DNA of 64,000 nucleotides, from NCBI GenBank assembly GCA_002633005.1, contig NMRA01000040.1, positions 637,362 through 701,361 on the forward strand. The letters run 5' to 3'. Of this stretch, positions 46,701 to 60,736 are shown piece by piece (position 1 is the stretch's first letter; each line of letters begins with the position of its first letter). This DNA is from Phoronis australis. Its lineage: Eukaryota; Animalia; Phoronida. The notes below the pieces were generated by a model. The model made no database searches and had not been told where the DNA came from. It was given only the letters and a program-made list of their open reading frames with translations. Position numbers and translations under genes: made by a program.

Positions 46701-49700
46701 AGAATAAATTGCCAACTCTCTGGGTCAAATCTTGTTTTATTCCGAGTCTTGTGGTGTAGAAAGTCACGTCAGTTTGTCCTGGGTTCTGAAGTAGAGAGTT
46801 TTCACCGACAATTTTCTGCCAGTAGACCACGATAGCGATCTCAGTAACTGTGTAGTTTATCTCCATGGCAATCGCTGCACTGGATTATCATTTGACAATC
46901 GAATATAAAACTACATGGAAAATGAACAGACTTCCACCCCGAAGGTAAGGTTATAGTGACTTATAGATTTACGTGTGGGGTTATTTTCCTATCAACGCGA
47001 CTTTATTTTAAATGTTGTGACACTCGAGTAACACAGAAGAAATATCCAAAATGAAAAAATCAATTTCAAAAATACATTGCCAAGTAAATTCCATAAAGTT
47101 TCCCAGCAGACCTTGACATTAGGGTAATAATTTCTAAGAGGATCAATTGACTAACTTTCTGAGCTTCATAACGAAGTAGTACAGAGTGAAATTATTGGCA
47201 AGAAAAGTGGTTTTCTAAGATCAGCCCCAACGCAGAATAGAATTCGCAACTTCAGCGGTCGTTGCGCAAGAGTCTAATGGCGAAGCTAAACCTCCATTCA
47301 TTGAAAAAGTGTTTTAAGCGTATTGTCTTGGGCCTTGATTTGAACGAATGCCTGGCAGACAACGGCGAGAATTGACGATTTGTCATAAAATCACAACATC
47401 TTTTGATGTTTTACAGCTCTGGTCAAAGCTTATAACTATCCAACGATAATTTCAAAAATGCGTTTTTTTCGGTCGTAAAACCGATTATAAAGGACCAAAC
47501 TCCAAATCGTGTGAACGTGTCCTTTTAAAGAGTTATGGACCGAATTTAGTATAAGGAAAGAAATCGTAAGTTCAATTTTCAAATAGTCTTACACACAGAC
47601 AATATCACAGCTCTGCCATACCCTGAGAGTGTGACAATTATAGATGCCTATTCACGTTGCTATGGCCATTGAAAGTGACCTGTTTACTTACTTTCATTTG
47701 AAGACTTGATTGTGACGTCCCAATGAGTTAGCTGCAGCCATGGACATTTAAATACGATTCAAGTTATTCATAAGCTGGGTTTTAAACTGATCTAATTTCT
47801 TTACGCTTTAATTTGATCAGCTCGGTTTATGTTTCTTTAATTAGACTAAAGAGATTTTTTTTAATTTCAGACACTATACTTCAAAGAAAGTATTGCTTAA
47901 AACACTGTCATATGAGAAATGTCTAAAATTATGAAAAATAGGAAAAATGCCTTTTTCATAAATAAAAAAATCGACAATATATGTGTAGGAGAGCGTTGTA
48001 GTGTTATTCGTATAGTTTCCAATTCGGTCAAAATTTCTGAACCCAAATTTAACTCTGGGGTATACCTTACTCACTGAAACGACAAATAGTTCATGACTGC
48101 CAAAATAACCCACCCCAAGTTTTTAAGGAATCGTTTGATTGTTATGTACTCTGATATGTTGTGTTTTATGGTGAACTTCTACACATTAAACGTGAAATTG
48201 AAGTTATTAAGCTTTGTTTTTGTTTTTAATCAATACAACACCGTTTTATTACTCACAGAACTGTCAAATGTCACTAATACGGACCTCGCTTCTTATGCAT
48301 AGTTTCCAAATAATTACATTGTAAGACTTATGTTTTAGAAGCTGCTACAATTAACAGAATAGTTGAAATGCGTGCGAACGAAAATTTACAGCGCCCTGAT
48401 GATAATGATTTTCCCAAAAAGAACTTTGAATAAATTCGAGGTTCCTAAATCCTCTGAACTTTTTACACTACTCCTACTTGTCTTCGTTAATCTAGCGAGT
48501 TTTAACATCTCAAAAAAGACCATTGGTGTGTTTCTTATAAAAATAGGGGTGTCAGAATTGACAATTGAGAGATCTCTGTCTGTCATTGTCCTGTTTTGAA
48601 ATCCAACAAGGGAATATGAAATGATTCAAGAGTACATTCCAGCGCTTATTTTTGGCCATCTCATTACGACTGTCTGAGTGTGTTTAGCTCAGGCGTTCAG
48701 TTCTAACGAGAGTTTTCGCACGCTTTTCGAGAACTGCTGGCTAGAATTTTGACAGGCAAATAAAGAATTTTTTGCGCTGTTTGTTTTGAAATTTTAGAAG
48801 TGGTGGCTGTCTAGAAAAATTGTGAATAAGCGGTGAAATTTCCGCGGCAGGTGCTGGAAGGTTATTAGATTAAATAAAAAGACGACGGTGAAAATTAGTA
48901 AATTTGAAGAGTTTAGGCGTTTATGCTAGAACAGTAAAAGCGAGCCTGTAAGTGTCAGAGGCCAGTGCTCACAAAAATTTAGGGCGGCTGAAGGGATGTA
49001 CTGTATATGTGTAAGCAAATCACCTTAATGTCGAACAATCGTTTATTAGATTGAAAGCAAAGCTTTCATAAAACTGAAATTTTAAGTTAAATGGGTTAAA
49101 ATAGAAATTAACTGTTTGAAACAACCATTTATGCCGTGTTTATAGAAAGTGACTGAGTATCAATTCATCAAAACACGAGCGAATATTGGTCATCGAAACA
49201 AGCCCATATCAACAACTATTACATACTATGTAATAATTAGGATAGGTACACAATTATAATACCGTACAGAAAACTTAACCATATTCATAATCTCCGCAAA
49301 CGAATTATCGTCTGCTTGTCAAACAAATTTCAATAGGTCAAATTTAAGCACATGACAAGAATTAAGAATGTTTCAACACCCAACAATAGTAATTGGTATG
49401 GAAATGCCAGCGTTTGAAATAAACTCGGAATAATTGGTGTAACGTTACATCTCAACACGGATAAATCCGCCAGAATCTCGCTATGAAAGATGCAGTAATG
49501 TAAATATTTTGTCAGATGGGCAAGTCAAAATAAATTGAGCGAGTTTTTCGCCGCGGGATTCCAGCTTAAAGTGAAAGCAGACTTTTCATTATGAGCCTCT
49601 ATACCTATGTCAAGAACGAATGCACGCTAAGTATTGATACGACGATTGAATTGATATTTGAAAACCTAGCTGGAAAGCAGCGATTTATGAATATGGGTAG

Positions 49701-50407
49701 AGATTTTAAGCATTTATTATTGCGCGCTGTTAGGGTAATCAGAAGTTTTTAATGTAACGGGTATTGAATAGTCAATTGGACTATAAATAATGCGATATGG
49801 TTAATTGACTATTTGCCGATGAATTGATTTTTAAACATTTTTGAATCTGTCAATCAAAATACTGTTTATGCAATGTTTTGGAAAGTGGACCCGGGTATTG
49901 GGATAATTTGCAATAATCGTGTTACCACTTTTGCTGGTTGGAGTATTGTTAGTGCGATTCCTCAAAAGTTCTACTCGCTTTATCACCCTGGTAACGACTT
50001 GGCTCATACGAAACGTATCACGAAGAGATATTATTATCTTCGCTGATTCGGCGCTGCGGGAAAATATTATTCTTGCATGGCATTAATTTTGAAAAACAAA
50101 GTAGCTCTTATGCATTATAATTTTTGTACACAGGCGCATGTAATCTGAATCCACTTTCCACACCAGAAAAGGACGCGGCTCCCAGGCCAACACAGAGGGG
50201 ATAGTTCTTGCGTAATATTCTAATGAGAAAAACGCGCGTAAGGATCCATTGCCAGTGATTGACCTATAATTTATGAAACTGTTGATGTACACAGTCCTTA
50301 TAAACCGGGCAAGAACCAATCCGCGTAAAGAGCACTTTTGTGGTTCACAAGAAACACTCGTCATGGTCATGATTACTACGTTTTAGTACCAATATCATTC
50401 TTTTTTA

Positions 50408-50428
50408 TCGTCATCGTCATCATCATCT

Positions 50429-50509
<81 letters not shown>

Positions 50510-50940
50510 GTTGTCGTCGTCGTCATCGTCATCGTCGACGCCTCCCTCATCATCATCATCATACCATCATCATCATCATTATATCATCATCATACCATCA
50601 TCATCATCATTATATCATCATCATACCATCATCATCATCATTATATCATCATCATACCATCATCATCATCATTATATCATCATCATACCATCATCATCAT
50701 CATTATATCATCATCATACCATCATCATCATCATTATATCATCATCATACCATCATCATCATCATTATATCATCATCATACCATCATCATCATCATTATA
50801 TCATCATCATACCATCATCATCATCATCATCAACAACAACATCATCATCATCCTATTATTGTTATTGTGATTATTATTACAATTATGGTATTATTATCAT
50901 CATTGTCATCGTCATCTTCATCATCATCGTTATTATTATC
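50408..50940. repeat. (CAT)n microsatellite with a 31-bp higher-order unit
   Basis: Pure CAT run at ~50428-50508, then ataccatcatcatcatcattatatcatcatc with starts at 50561, 50592, 50623, 50654 and onward (8 full copies plus a partial). Confidence 0.97.
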
Positions 50941-53070
50941 TTTAAAATATTCTTGATTTTGAATTATAAAATCTTTGTTGTTGCTGTTTGATTCCCACTC
51001 CGGGTGAAACGTACGTGTACGAAAATCAAATGTCAACTTGCTTCCTAGAAAATTGTCTCAGATATATATCCTGGGGACAAAGAAATGGCATTTTAATCCA
51101 ACCTATCCCTGCTGTTTCTACAAAGGTATATTATAATTAGCAAAAGCATATTGGACCTCAAAGAAAGGTGACTTTGTGTTGTTAACTTGTTCTCTTGTCG
51201 GACAAAATTGTAGTTACATTCACAGACAAAGGTGGTGTAAATTCGAGTTAGCACCGTAGACGCAAGAATATGCGAAGGAAGTTCGTGTTATATTACGGGC
51301 TTCACTTGTAACACACTGCGTAATCTGGCGAAGTCTTACGCGTTCTTGTGTTTTCGCGAGACTCTCGCGTCTAACGAACGCACATTTGTATAGTCTAAAT
51401 ATATTTATACCTTTATAGAACTTGTTGCACTTTGTTCCGTACTCAAATTAGTAACGCGGGATTCCTGGACTTGGGAAACATAGTTTTCAGGACTCGAGAC
51501 CCTGGTCGATGCATACAATGACCAGTAGGGCTTTCAGTATGATCTCAAATACTAACGGTCAATTATCAACTTCAGGTATCAATATGGCGAATTTTTATTT
51601 TTTCCAAAACACCAGTAGCACTGAGTAATTGTTTTATCATTTTCGAGTTTTATACCGTAGCTACGGTCAGATGTTTCGATTAATTGTCGTAATTTACGGG
51701 AATTTTAGAAGCCTTCTGGAATGAAAAAGATCAATTTTGTTAATATCTGTGTGAAATTGGCGAGATTTTACAGTGTCACTTCTTCCCAAACCTGGGCTCA
51801 CTTTTCATAATCTGAGTGAGAAACAAGTTGAGACTAGTTTTTGAACTTTAAGTGACCTAAATCGGAATTCAGTTTTGAGAGAGGGTGGAAACAGATTCTT
51901 TAAAACCAGATCTCTTCATTTCAACAAATTTTGTAGATTTCGGGATTCTTTGTTTGTTTTTGTCACTTCAAAACCAAAATGTGTTCTCGCATACTCAGCG
52001 GAAATTCAAGTAAACCAAAAGTACTAACATTCAATCCATTTACAGGATAAGCAAAGCTCCTGTGACAATAATAATCTTGAAGTTATTGCTTCATCCGAAC
52101 CAATTGCTATTATCTCAAAATAACCTTTAAATTAGCGTTTCGCTGAAATAGTGGACCAAAAAGGCGAACTCTATACAAAACGTTAATTATGATCATAGAA
52201 AATTTCTGCGATGTCCGAGGAAAAATAACCCACGTAGCCAGCTGCAACACATCATTAGCTCCACATGACACAGGTTGCAGAGATAAATTAATTAGAGAGT
52301 TTTTATTTAGCATTTTCATGCCTGGAAATCTCACGATGTGAACATTTTTGCTAAGTGTTCCCATGGAAGTAAAAGTTCGAAACCGTAGCCATGACAAGAG
52401 AATGCCAAGGAATGCGTCACTATGAAGCTCAACAATACACCAGGAATTTTGACTATTTTTGGCCACCATTTCTTTTCTAATTAGGAGTGATCATGTTATT
52501 AGCAAGACTATACGACACGAGCAAACCATAAATTCAGACAATTTAGAAAATACAATTCAATAAAGTCAACATTGGAATTACAGATGATAATGTTTTTCAT
52601 AATATGTCGAAGTCATGCGAGCAAATTTTGAATGCAACTTTGGTCGGTGGAATTAAACGAAAACTAAAGGTGAGAAACTCGGCGTATGAAATTTTAGAAT
52701 CTGTCCTAAGCGGCAGTGCAAGACATCGTTGATGACCGACTCCCCGGGGCAGAGTTGTGTGTATTTTAAAGCGCACGCAATCCTATAGTTTGTCTCTTCG
52801 TTTAGCCATACATCGAAATAATAGACCCCTCCTCGGCCGTTCATTGTTCGGTCGCTAATAGCTCCGAATTGATTCTTAGGTGACAACTATAGCAAACGTT
52901 ATAATGACAAACATGTAACACCGATATTGTTATCATATAATAGGCAGCGACAATTTGACATCTTAGGTGAATCGCTGAAGACTATTAACTAACGTACGTT
53001 GTCGACATCTCTGCCCTTCCTCATCTTGGCTTGGGACATAATTCCCGGCTATCTAGCTTGACCAACCTCC

Positions 53071-53216
53071 CGTTCAGTACCACTAGGGCCTCGCTAAAAA
53101 GCAAGACTTCGAGAGATTACGTGTACGTGAGACATTGCTGTGTTTTTTGAATGAGAAGACGTGACTTTGACTATATTTTAGCTGGGTCCTAGCGAAGGTC
53201 CAAGCGTTACTGAACG
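53071..53216. mobile_element. Small foldback/MITE-like element
   Basis: cgttcagtaccactagggcctcgcta vs reverse complement of 53190-53216 (cgttcagtaacgcttggaccttcgcta). Confidence 0.55.
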
Positions 53217-56200
53217 CACGCCAGATTTTGCCGTGTCTAATGCATGAATATTTTGGTGACTAGAAATTACTATCAATTACTATCGGTCTACTACGCATGT
53301 GTTGTTGTACACAATGTGTTCTGTTCAGCTCAGTCAGTAAACTAACAATTATTTATTTCCTCGTCTTCTATATTTAGAAACAATAGTGGACAAATCTCAG
53401 TTATCGGGTTATTTTGATACTATGCGCACAAATTTTCAATCTGTTGGTTTTCCCACATCTTGTTTACCCTTTGCTTTGTTTTCTGTTGTTGTCAAAAACT
53501 TTTTATCAATATTTTTATTTGTATTCTGATTGATTTCGTTCATGAGGCATGTTCAAGGTCCATGTCAAAGGTCGAAAAGTGTCCTAATTTGTCTCCTATC
53601 CAACATAACGTATCTAATGAATATTTAAACTTTCACAGCCGATTCAAATTTATATTAAGTTCAGACGTTATTTCAGGCTTGGTTTAGAGTGGGGAAATTT
53701 TATAAGCAAAATACCCATCCAGTAGACATGTTAATAAAGTAAAGACGCCTTTCACGTTACAATGGACTCTTGTCGATTTCAATCAAACTGTATATCATCA
53801 TCATTTCCGTGGTTGTTTACATTGCGTTTTCCATATGCCAAATGATAGTTTTCTTTCTTCCTCTCCACTTATTCTACGCGATATTGGTGATATGAGATGT
53901 TTTTGATCGTGGCCAGTTTTCGCTGTGGGGCATTGCCTTTTGCCGGGTTGATATTCCTCTAAAGAAAACACGGCGTCAGCCAAACCCTGATAGCGATAAC
54001 GAACCAGAGAAAGCCAAGCGCATGTGGTCTGTTTTCTAATTACGACACTCTTATTTTTCGTAATTACATCTATCTAGAGAGGAATTTTGGGAGAAAGTTA
54101 ACAAGAATTGTAACTAGAGAAAACGTGTCAACAAGTGCAATGCGATTTAAAGAGGTGAAGCGTTGTTTAATTTTGACAGTCCTGAGAGGTTTTCTTCTTG
54201 TGTCGAAATTGGCAGAATTAAGTATTTGTTTACATCGAAATGCCAAAATGTTCTAACCTTTCGATAATGTGGCACTGAAACACGAATTCCACCATAGATC
54301 ACTCAGGTTGACACAAACTTTTTTTTGAAAGAAAAAACTTTTGCAAGATTCGTCGAAGTAAAGAACTGGGTGTATATGGTTACCAATTCCCAAAATGTGA
54401 CACTTGGGGGATGCAACTCGTCGCGTCCGGCAGTGACGCTAATTTTCCAAATCCTATTAGCCGCATTCTGTCATTTTGTGAACGGGGATGTTTCACATTT
54501 TCGTAAGCTAAGCTAAATAATCATTCACGAGTTTTAAGTGCGCTTCTGCCCAAACTCAAGAATTAATCCTATTAATCCAGTATGAACCTAGAATAAGCCT
54601 TGGAGGCAAAGTCTTTGCAGACTCGCTTGCATTAGTTGTATGATAAAGGTTTTCAGTTGAACCGTTGAACTACTTCATTGATCTTTTCCACCCGAACTTC
54701 TATTTTCCCTTTTTCGACCTTTCCCACCTGGACGGTATTGTTCCTAATGACCGCTTCATTACATATCGGCCAAACAGATTTAATCGGATTTATTCCCTCA
54801 CTTTTCTTTCAAGCTTTTCTTAGTGAGCAATCGTTTCTTCTCTCTCCGCCGTGTCGCTGTAGGAGCTCATTGGCTTCCTGTGGAGAACCATCCTTTCATA
54901 AGCTTAGCCCAGTTGTGCCGCTGAGCCATCAAGGTGGCGTCTCATCGCACAGGTGCATAACAGTTACCTGACCCAAATCACAGCTTTGTCTTGCCAAGCA
55001 AATTGTTGGCTTAGGTATTACAATAAAAGTACGCGTCGAATTTCACTCTTCATCTATCTGCTCCAGTTACGCCAATCGTGTTTTGGTAGCTTTCTTGACT
55101 GTACTACATTATAAATTTGTGGGTAAATGGCAACTTGTATAGGTCTATTTAAAGAAATTTGTTTTTGATTGAAGATCCCACGACAGTCCATACACGTATA
55201 TCGTGTGCTCAAAAAGCTCACTGGCACACCCCTGCCAAGTGCTTGGTCCTATGTTTTGTTTTGTTTGTATTATAACGGTATAAGGTTTTTCACCTGTACA
55301 CCATGTTTATTGTGATTGAGTGGCTCGCGACTGAGGTGAGGGCAACTTTTACGGCGGGTGTTGGTAAAGTTGCTAACATCGCCAGCCTGCGCTCGGTCAT
55401 AAATATGTGAATCAAGCTGTCAGCGGATGGGCTCACGACTCATAGATTTTGTGAATAATAGCAACTTGCGTTAATATTTTTAACTCTTCTATAAGAGATA
55501 ATGACAAGGGAATTTTTATATAGATGAATGTGTCATTGTCGTGCGCTAACTACAGATGTTGTTTATAGGTTGTTTCTTGAATAAATTCACCCATTATTGA
55601 CACTAGACTGCGGGCTTGGTAGATCTATATGAATTTAAAAGATGTCCAACACTCTTTCGACAAATAATACTTTCACATCACACTCAAACAGCACAAAATT
55701 GCTGTGAGTATTTAATTTCACTATTTTCTAATGCCAAATCATGAAAATAATCCACTTAAAATGCCAACTAATTTTAGAAAATCGTCATCCAACAGGACGG
55801 TTAACATATAATTAATAAGATTTTAAACGAAATTCACCGAGTGTCACTCTAATGAAAGCCATATGCATCAATATTTGATAACACGTTTAATTTACTTCGT
55901 CTAATTAATTGTTGCATCAATGAGGAAAACAATTCCTATTGCGACTTCTAGTGTGAAAATCCATAAGCAACATAGCTAATTGTCTCGGCGTTGATTCCCA
56001 CTGACTTCGAGTGGGATGTCGATTTAGACCTGGGTCGCAGCAAAAATAATATATCAAGAGCCATTAACGAAAATCAGCAAGGTTCGATACAATACAGAAA
56101 TCTATTAATTGTAAATAAATAACGGCGTAATTGAATTTTTTACGGCAATAAAGTACCACACTCGTGTATTGCTGACATCAGCCGAGAGGGATATCGGTGG

Positions 56201-59200
56201 AACCCTGCAACTATTGACACGGGGGAGGGGAGTTGCCCTCACTCAAACAGGGGGAGGTGTAAAGCCAACAAAACATAAAACCTGTTGAAATTGGTGNTGG
56301 CTACTGAGGAAAGGGGAAAAATAGGCAGGTGGCATTGTGGCTTCTGGGGTGCACCAGGCGTGCTCAGGTCACACAGTTGAGCCCATTGCAATAATTACCT
56401 GATTAAGACTCAAGGCGATTCCTCAGCATGAGGTTCCTCGTGAGTAAAGTCTTCTAATCTTCCCGTTTTTTCAGGAAATTAGAAAGGCTGTTGCACGGGC
56501 ATGATCTGACCACGAGGAAAGGGCAGACGTGAGTTCCTATCTTCTTAGACCCTCTTAAAGAAAGTCTTCTTTCGAAGCTATTGTAAACCAGAAATGCTTT
56601 GTGTTTCGAGTCTAGTTCTTGAAAATTTTAGACTAAAAGTTGACATCCAATTTTGTCAACTATTTACCATGATTTCCACTCATAATCAGAGCCACCAGGT
56701 GCTGAATATTTTCGGATTTATCCTCAGTCATCTTATCTATATGTGCCAGTTCATGTATTTAATCGCTAATCCAATTATTAGGAGAAGGTTGTTAATTATA
56801 GCTTAGGCAGTAAAGTAAATAAAATTTGTTGACAGGCAGAAACCTGTTTACTCGATCTGTCCATCATTTCACGAGCCAGACTCTCGTGTTGAAACGGACA
56901 TAATTAATCCCACGTTTGTTGTGAGTCAGGGTTAGTAATAGAATTAACAGGTTCGACGTTTTGACACTTACGCGCATTTGCAAGTGATGTTAATTTCGTA
57001 AAAAGTACAGGCTGGGCTCAAACTATAGCCGAACATATTACACATATTTGATATTACTGTCGAACTTGGCTCAGTCCCTTGATATTTCTGTACCTTAAAC
57101 GTTTTTAACTCCGTATAATTCACAAAAATGTTATTTATTTTTTCATTGACATATTCCAATTATTTGCAATCGCCAGGTATATTTTAGTACATATGATTGG
57201 ATTGCTTTTTGAAATTAATTGTTCTTTTATGTCCAAATTCTAAAATTGTAACCCCAACTGGCGAGCTGCAGCCATTTTAGTTTTATTGGTCTTGTTTACA
57301 GGTGTGTAATAAAACTGTACGTTGCATCCTGTTCACAAAATATAACCAAACTCACCAATCCAATGAACAAAATACATGCAGTTTAGCTCAAGGTTCCTCC
57401 CACAACACGCCCATTGGTCACTCAAACTGTCAATCAGATTCTATTATATTCCTTGCTTGGGCATAGTTTTCGTCTGAATTCTCACCTTTAGCTGCTGTGA
57501 CGCTGACCCCTACCACTGATCGGTGCTATAAATAAAGATGCATTGTATGACTTTAACTATAAACAATTTTCTTAATACAGACCCAGAAACGATCCTAATC
57601 CCTGTTCCTTGTTTGCCAGTCTTTCACTCGCTATAGGTGTGAACAATTACCGCGGGTCCCATAGAAGTGTCAGCGTGCCTATACGGCGATTTTTGGGTTG
57701 ATTGCGTTCGTTTACTGGAAAACAAGACGAAGCGGAAGAAAATTGACCAATGAGAATGTCAAAACAAATTTCAACATAACTTGCCAGTTGTTAGATAATG
57801 TTAGTAATGACTGAAGACAAATAAAATTTGAAATCTGACTATTATATTCGAAAGTGTCATGTTTAGCTTGCTAACACGAGTCTTGTCGAACACTGAACGT
57901 TAGGTGGGATGCCGTTTTGGACTAAGCCATTTTTATAAATGTATTTGGCGTAATTTCCAATAAATAATTTGTCATGTCAATTAGCATATGAAAAGCAACA
58001 CGGTAACTTAGTTTCAGTACGCCGTGATATCCGTTTTCGGGGAATGGTAAACATTTCATCTTCGTATTTTACACATTGTCTGTTGTATTAAAGAAAATAT
58101 GACCTTCTGCACTATCAAAACTGAGTATTATTTCAATGGTGTGAAGACAGCGCAATTGAGGAAAAGTGCCAAGCTGTTCCCACGGTTGACTGCGGTGTAC
58201 ACTATCTTACGAAAGAGTCAGTTTGTTTATTCCAGCTTCCCCTCAAACAATAAAGAGATCTATCTTGCAACAAAATGGTAGTTTCTCGTCTCATTATCGC
58301 CATTAAGTGCCAACAATACGCCTTCGGGCATACTATAGAGTTCTTAAAGATTACACTCAGCGGGACGTTCAGCCTATCGTTTCTTGGTAGTCCATTCCGC
58401 TGCATTTCACCCTCGACTAATCCGACATGACAAACCCTGCTAATCGCTCTTATCCTAATAATATAGTGAGTTTCTATTCTTCGGATGTGGCCACATCAGT
58501 ATGATTACCCAAAGTTTTCGCTCTTTGAGCAAAACCCCGACTGAAGTCGAATAAAGGCGTCAAATTCTTGGCATAAGTTTGTTTTAGTGGAGAGTGTGCG
58601 TATTCATCGGAGTCCACTCAGAGGCTCCAAAACGAATATAAAAACCAAAGTTGACAGCTCTCGTACTATTGAAATTTCCTTAATGCAAGGTCTGTAATCG
58701 GCTATCATTGTATAGATCATAGTCACGCGGCTTTATGTTATACTATTTATGACGCTTCTGTCCGAGCTTTTATGGGCAACAAAACGTCAACGGCTATCCC
58801 TTCCTCTGTAATAATCTCTAAGTGAAACTTTTTCTTTAGATCACTGATTCAATTCTTGTGTATGTGTTGATCTATAAACGACTAAAACCATGGTAGATAT
58901 TTGGTTTCACTCCAAACTGTGAGCGATCACTACCACTTGTGCTAGTGATACGATAATTCAGTGATTTTACAGTAAAAGCCATAACCCGACGAACTGACAG
59001 ATGTCATCGATTTACAAAGTTTACCGTTGACTTTTTTGTTTTATGTCCGATCACAGGGTTGGTAGTTTCACCAAGAGCTCTGAACACCAAGCTGTATATT
59101 ATAAACCAATTGATAATATTTACTTGGTAATTCAGAAGTGAACATTTACACTCTTACGAAATTATTTCGGAGGAGTACGTACCTCCCTCTCCTGCCTCTT

Positions 59201-59519
59201 TTTAAAAACAAATAAATTCATGTAAAGTATACATCAACAGACGTGTTCCAAAGTTTATTTATGAATTCATTATTTTCAAACATTTGTTATTTGCAAAATA
59301 GACGTAAGAGGATTTCAAATTTTCAAATGCGGCGTACACTTCGCTTGGGAATTACACGTGAACGTACAGACTGATCCTGATAAGGAAGGTCTATTCAAGC
59401 TTTTGCAACAAGGTGAAAAGGGTCATTTTTCGGCAGCATAGAAAAGTTTTCGGAAGCCGTCTGAGCGATGCGATACAACTTACTTCCAAACCCGTGACAA
59501 CTGTTGGAAAGTTCTGCAA

Positions 59520-59772
59520 ATAATTACGCATGCGCACATTACTTTCGTGTTTACGCCTGTCTGCAGAGGTGAGTAATGAAAGTGTCAATCAAGCTGTAAC
59601 TGACCAATCGGGTGACGTGATCCTCAAACCTTTCAATCCCACTCATGCTGGGTGCCTAACAAGATACGACCATTCTGAGGTTGCTTGTCGTCACTGAAGC
59701 GCTATTGAAAAGTTTTGTTTGTGTGGACTAGCCCCACTGCGCTGACTGACAGAAGGTTTTATCATTGAAATT
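59520..59772 (+). promoter_or_regulatory. Candidate Zic proximal promoter and 5' UTR
   Basis: CCAAT at 59604-59608 next to a CRE-like TGACGT at 59613-59618; NRF1-like CGCATGCGCA at ~59527-59536; immediately upstream of the Zic ATG. Confidence 0.45.
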
Positions 59773-60736
59773 ATGGATCACACTTTAACACAGAGTCACT
59801 CGCCGTTAAGATTAGTCGTTGCCTGTCCGTCAACTGTGACGCACCGAGAGCTCAACAGTGTTTATGATTTTTGCCAGCCACCCGCTGCAAGCAAGCATCC
59901 AAGCGATCGAGCATCGGATATGATCAGCCCATTCATGGAATCCGCTCATCTGCCCCCGGGGGCACTGAAGTTGAGTCCGCCGCATCATACAGATTCAAGT
60001 TATGCTCAAAGTTTACAAAATCAGTATGGTCAATCGAATGGCTACGGTGTCCCACACAGCGTGGACAGTTACGCTGCAAGAGACTTTTTATTTCGCAGAC
60101 AACACATGGCGGGGATCTCGGATTCACAGAATATGTTTTCATCTTCGAACATTCACATGGGCCACCACCAAGACCCGACATCAAGTGCTGTTATATTCCC
60201 AGGTTTCCACGACACCCAGTCTCACATGAACCCCCAGGTACGCCTTAGTATTCCCGGTGCAGACATGTACGGTCGTCCGGACCAGTACCAGTACGGGGGA
60301 CACAGAGCCGACGCGTACCCCGGGTCGCAACACCATCTACAACATATGAACCATATGAATATGGCTAATATGGGACCTCACGCCCCTGGGGCATTTTTTA
60401 GATATATGCGACCCCCAATCAAGCAAGAGCACACGTGTTTATGGGTGGATCAAGAACAGAGTGAACCTAAAAAACCATGTAATAAGACATTTCATACGAT
60501 GCACGAAATAGTGACTCATATCACAGTCGAACATATTGGCGGGCCTGAGCAGACGAACCATGCTTGCTACTGGCTGAACTGCGCACGCGATGGCAGACCA
60601 TTCAAGGCGAAATATAAACTGGTGAATCACGTTCGGGTTCATACTGGCGAAAAACCATTTCCCTGCCCATTTCCAGGATGTGGAAAAGTGTTTGCTCGGA
60701 GTGAAAATCTCAAAATCCATAAAAGAACCCACACAG
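59773..60736 (+). CDS. ZIC: Zic/odd-paired family C2H2 zinc-finger transcription factor, exon 1 (3'-partial)
   Basis: ZOC motif [28 protein letters not shown], and zinc fingers 1-3 ([20 protein letters not shown]; [26 protein letters not shown]; [23 protein letters not shown]). Phase-1 donor ACAG|gtacgt at 60736 is the conserved Zic intron between ZF3 and ZF4, so the ORF-track tail TCNKY... is intron. I did not find the ZF4-5 exon in the window. Confidence 0.97.

Noticed and set aside
50338-51036. Poly-His/Ile/Ser ORFs of 217, 119 and 62 aa
   Set aside because: Translation artefacts of the (CAT)n repeat.
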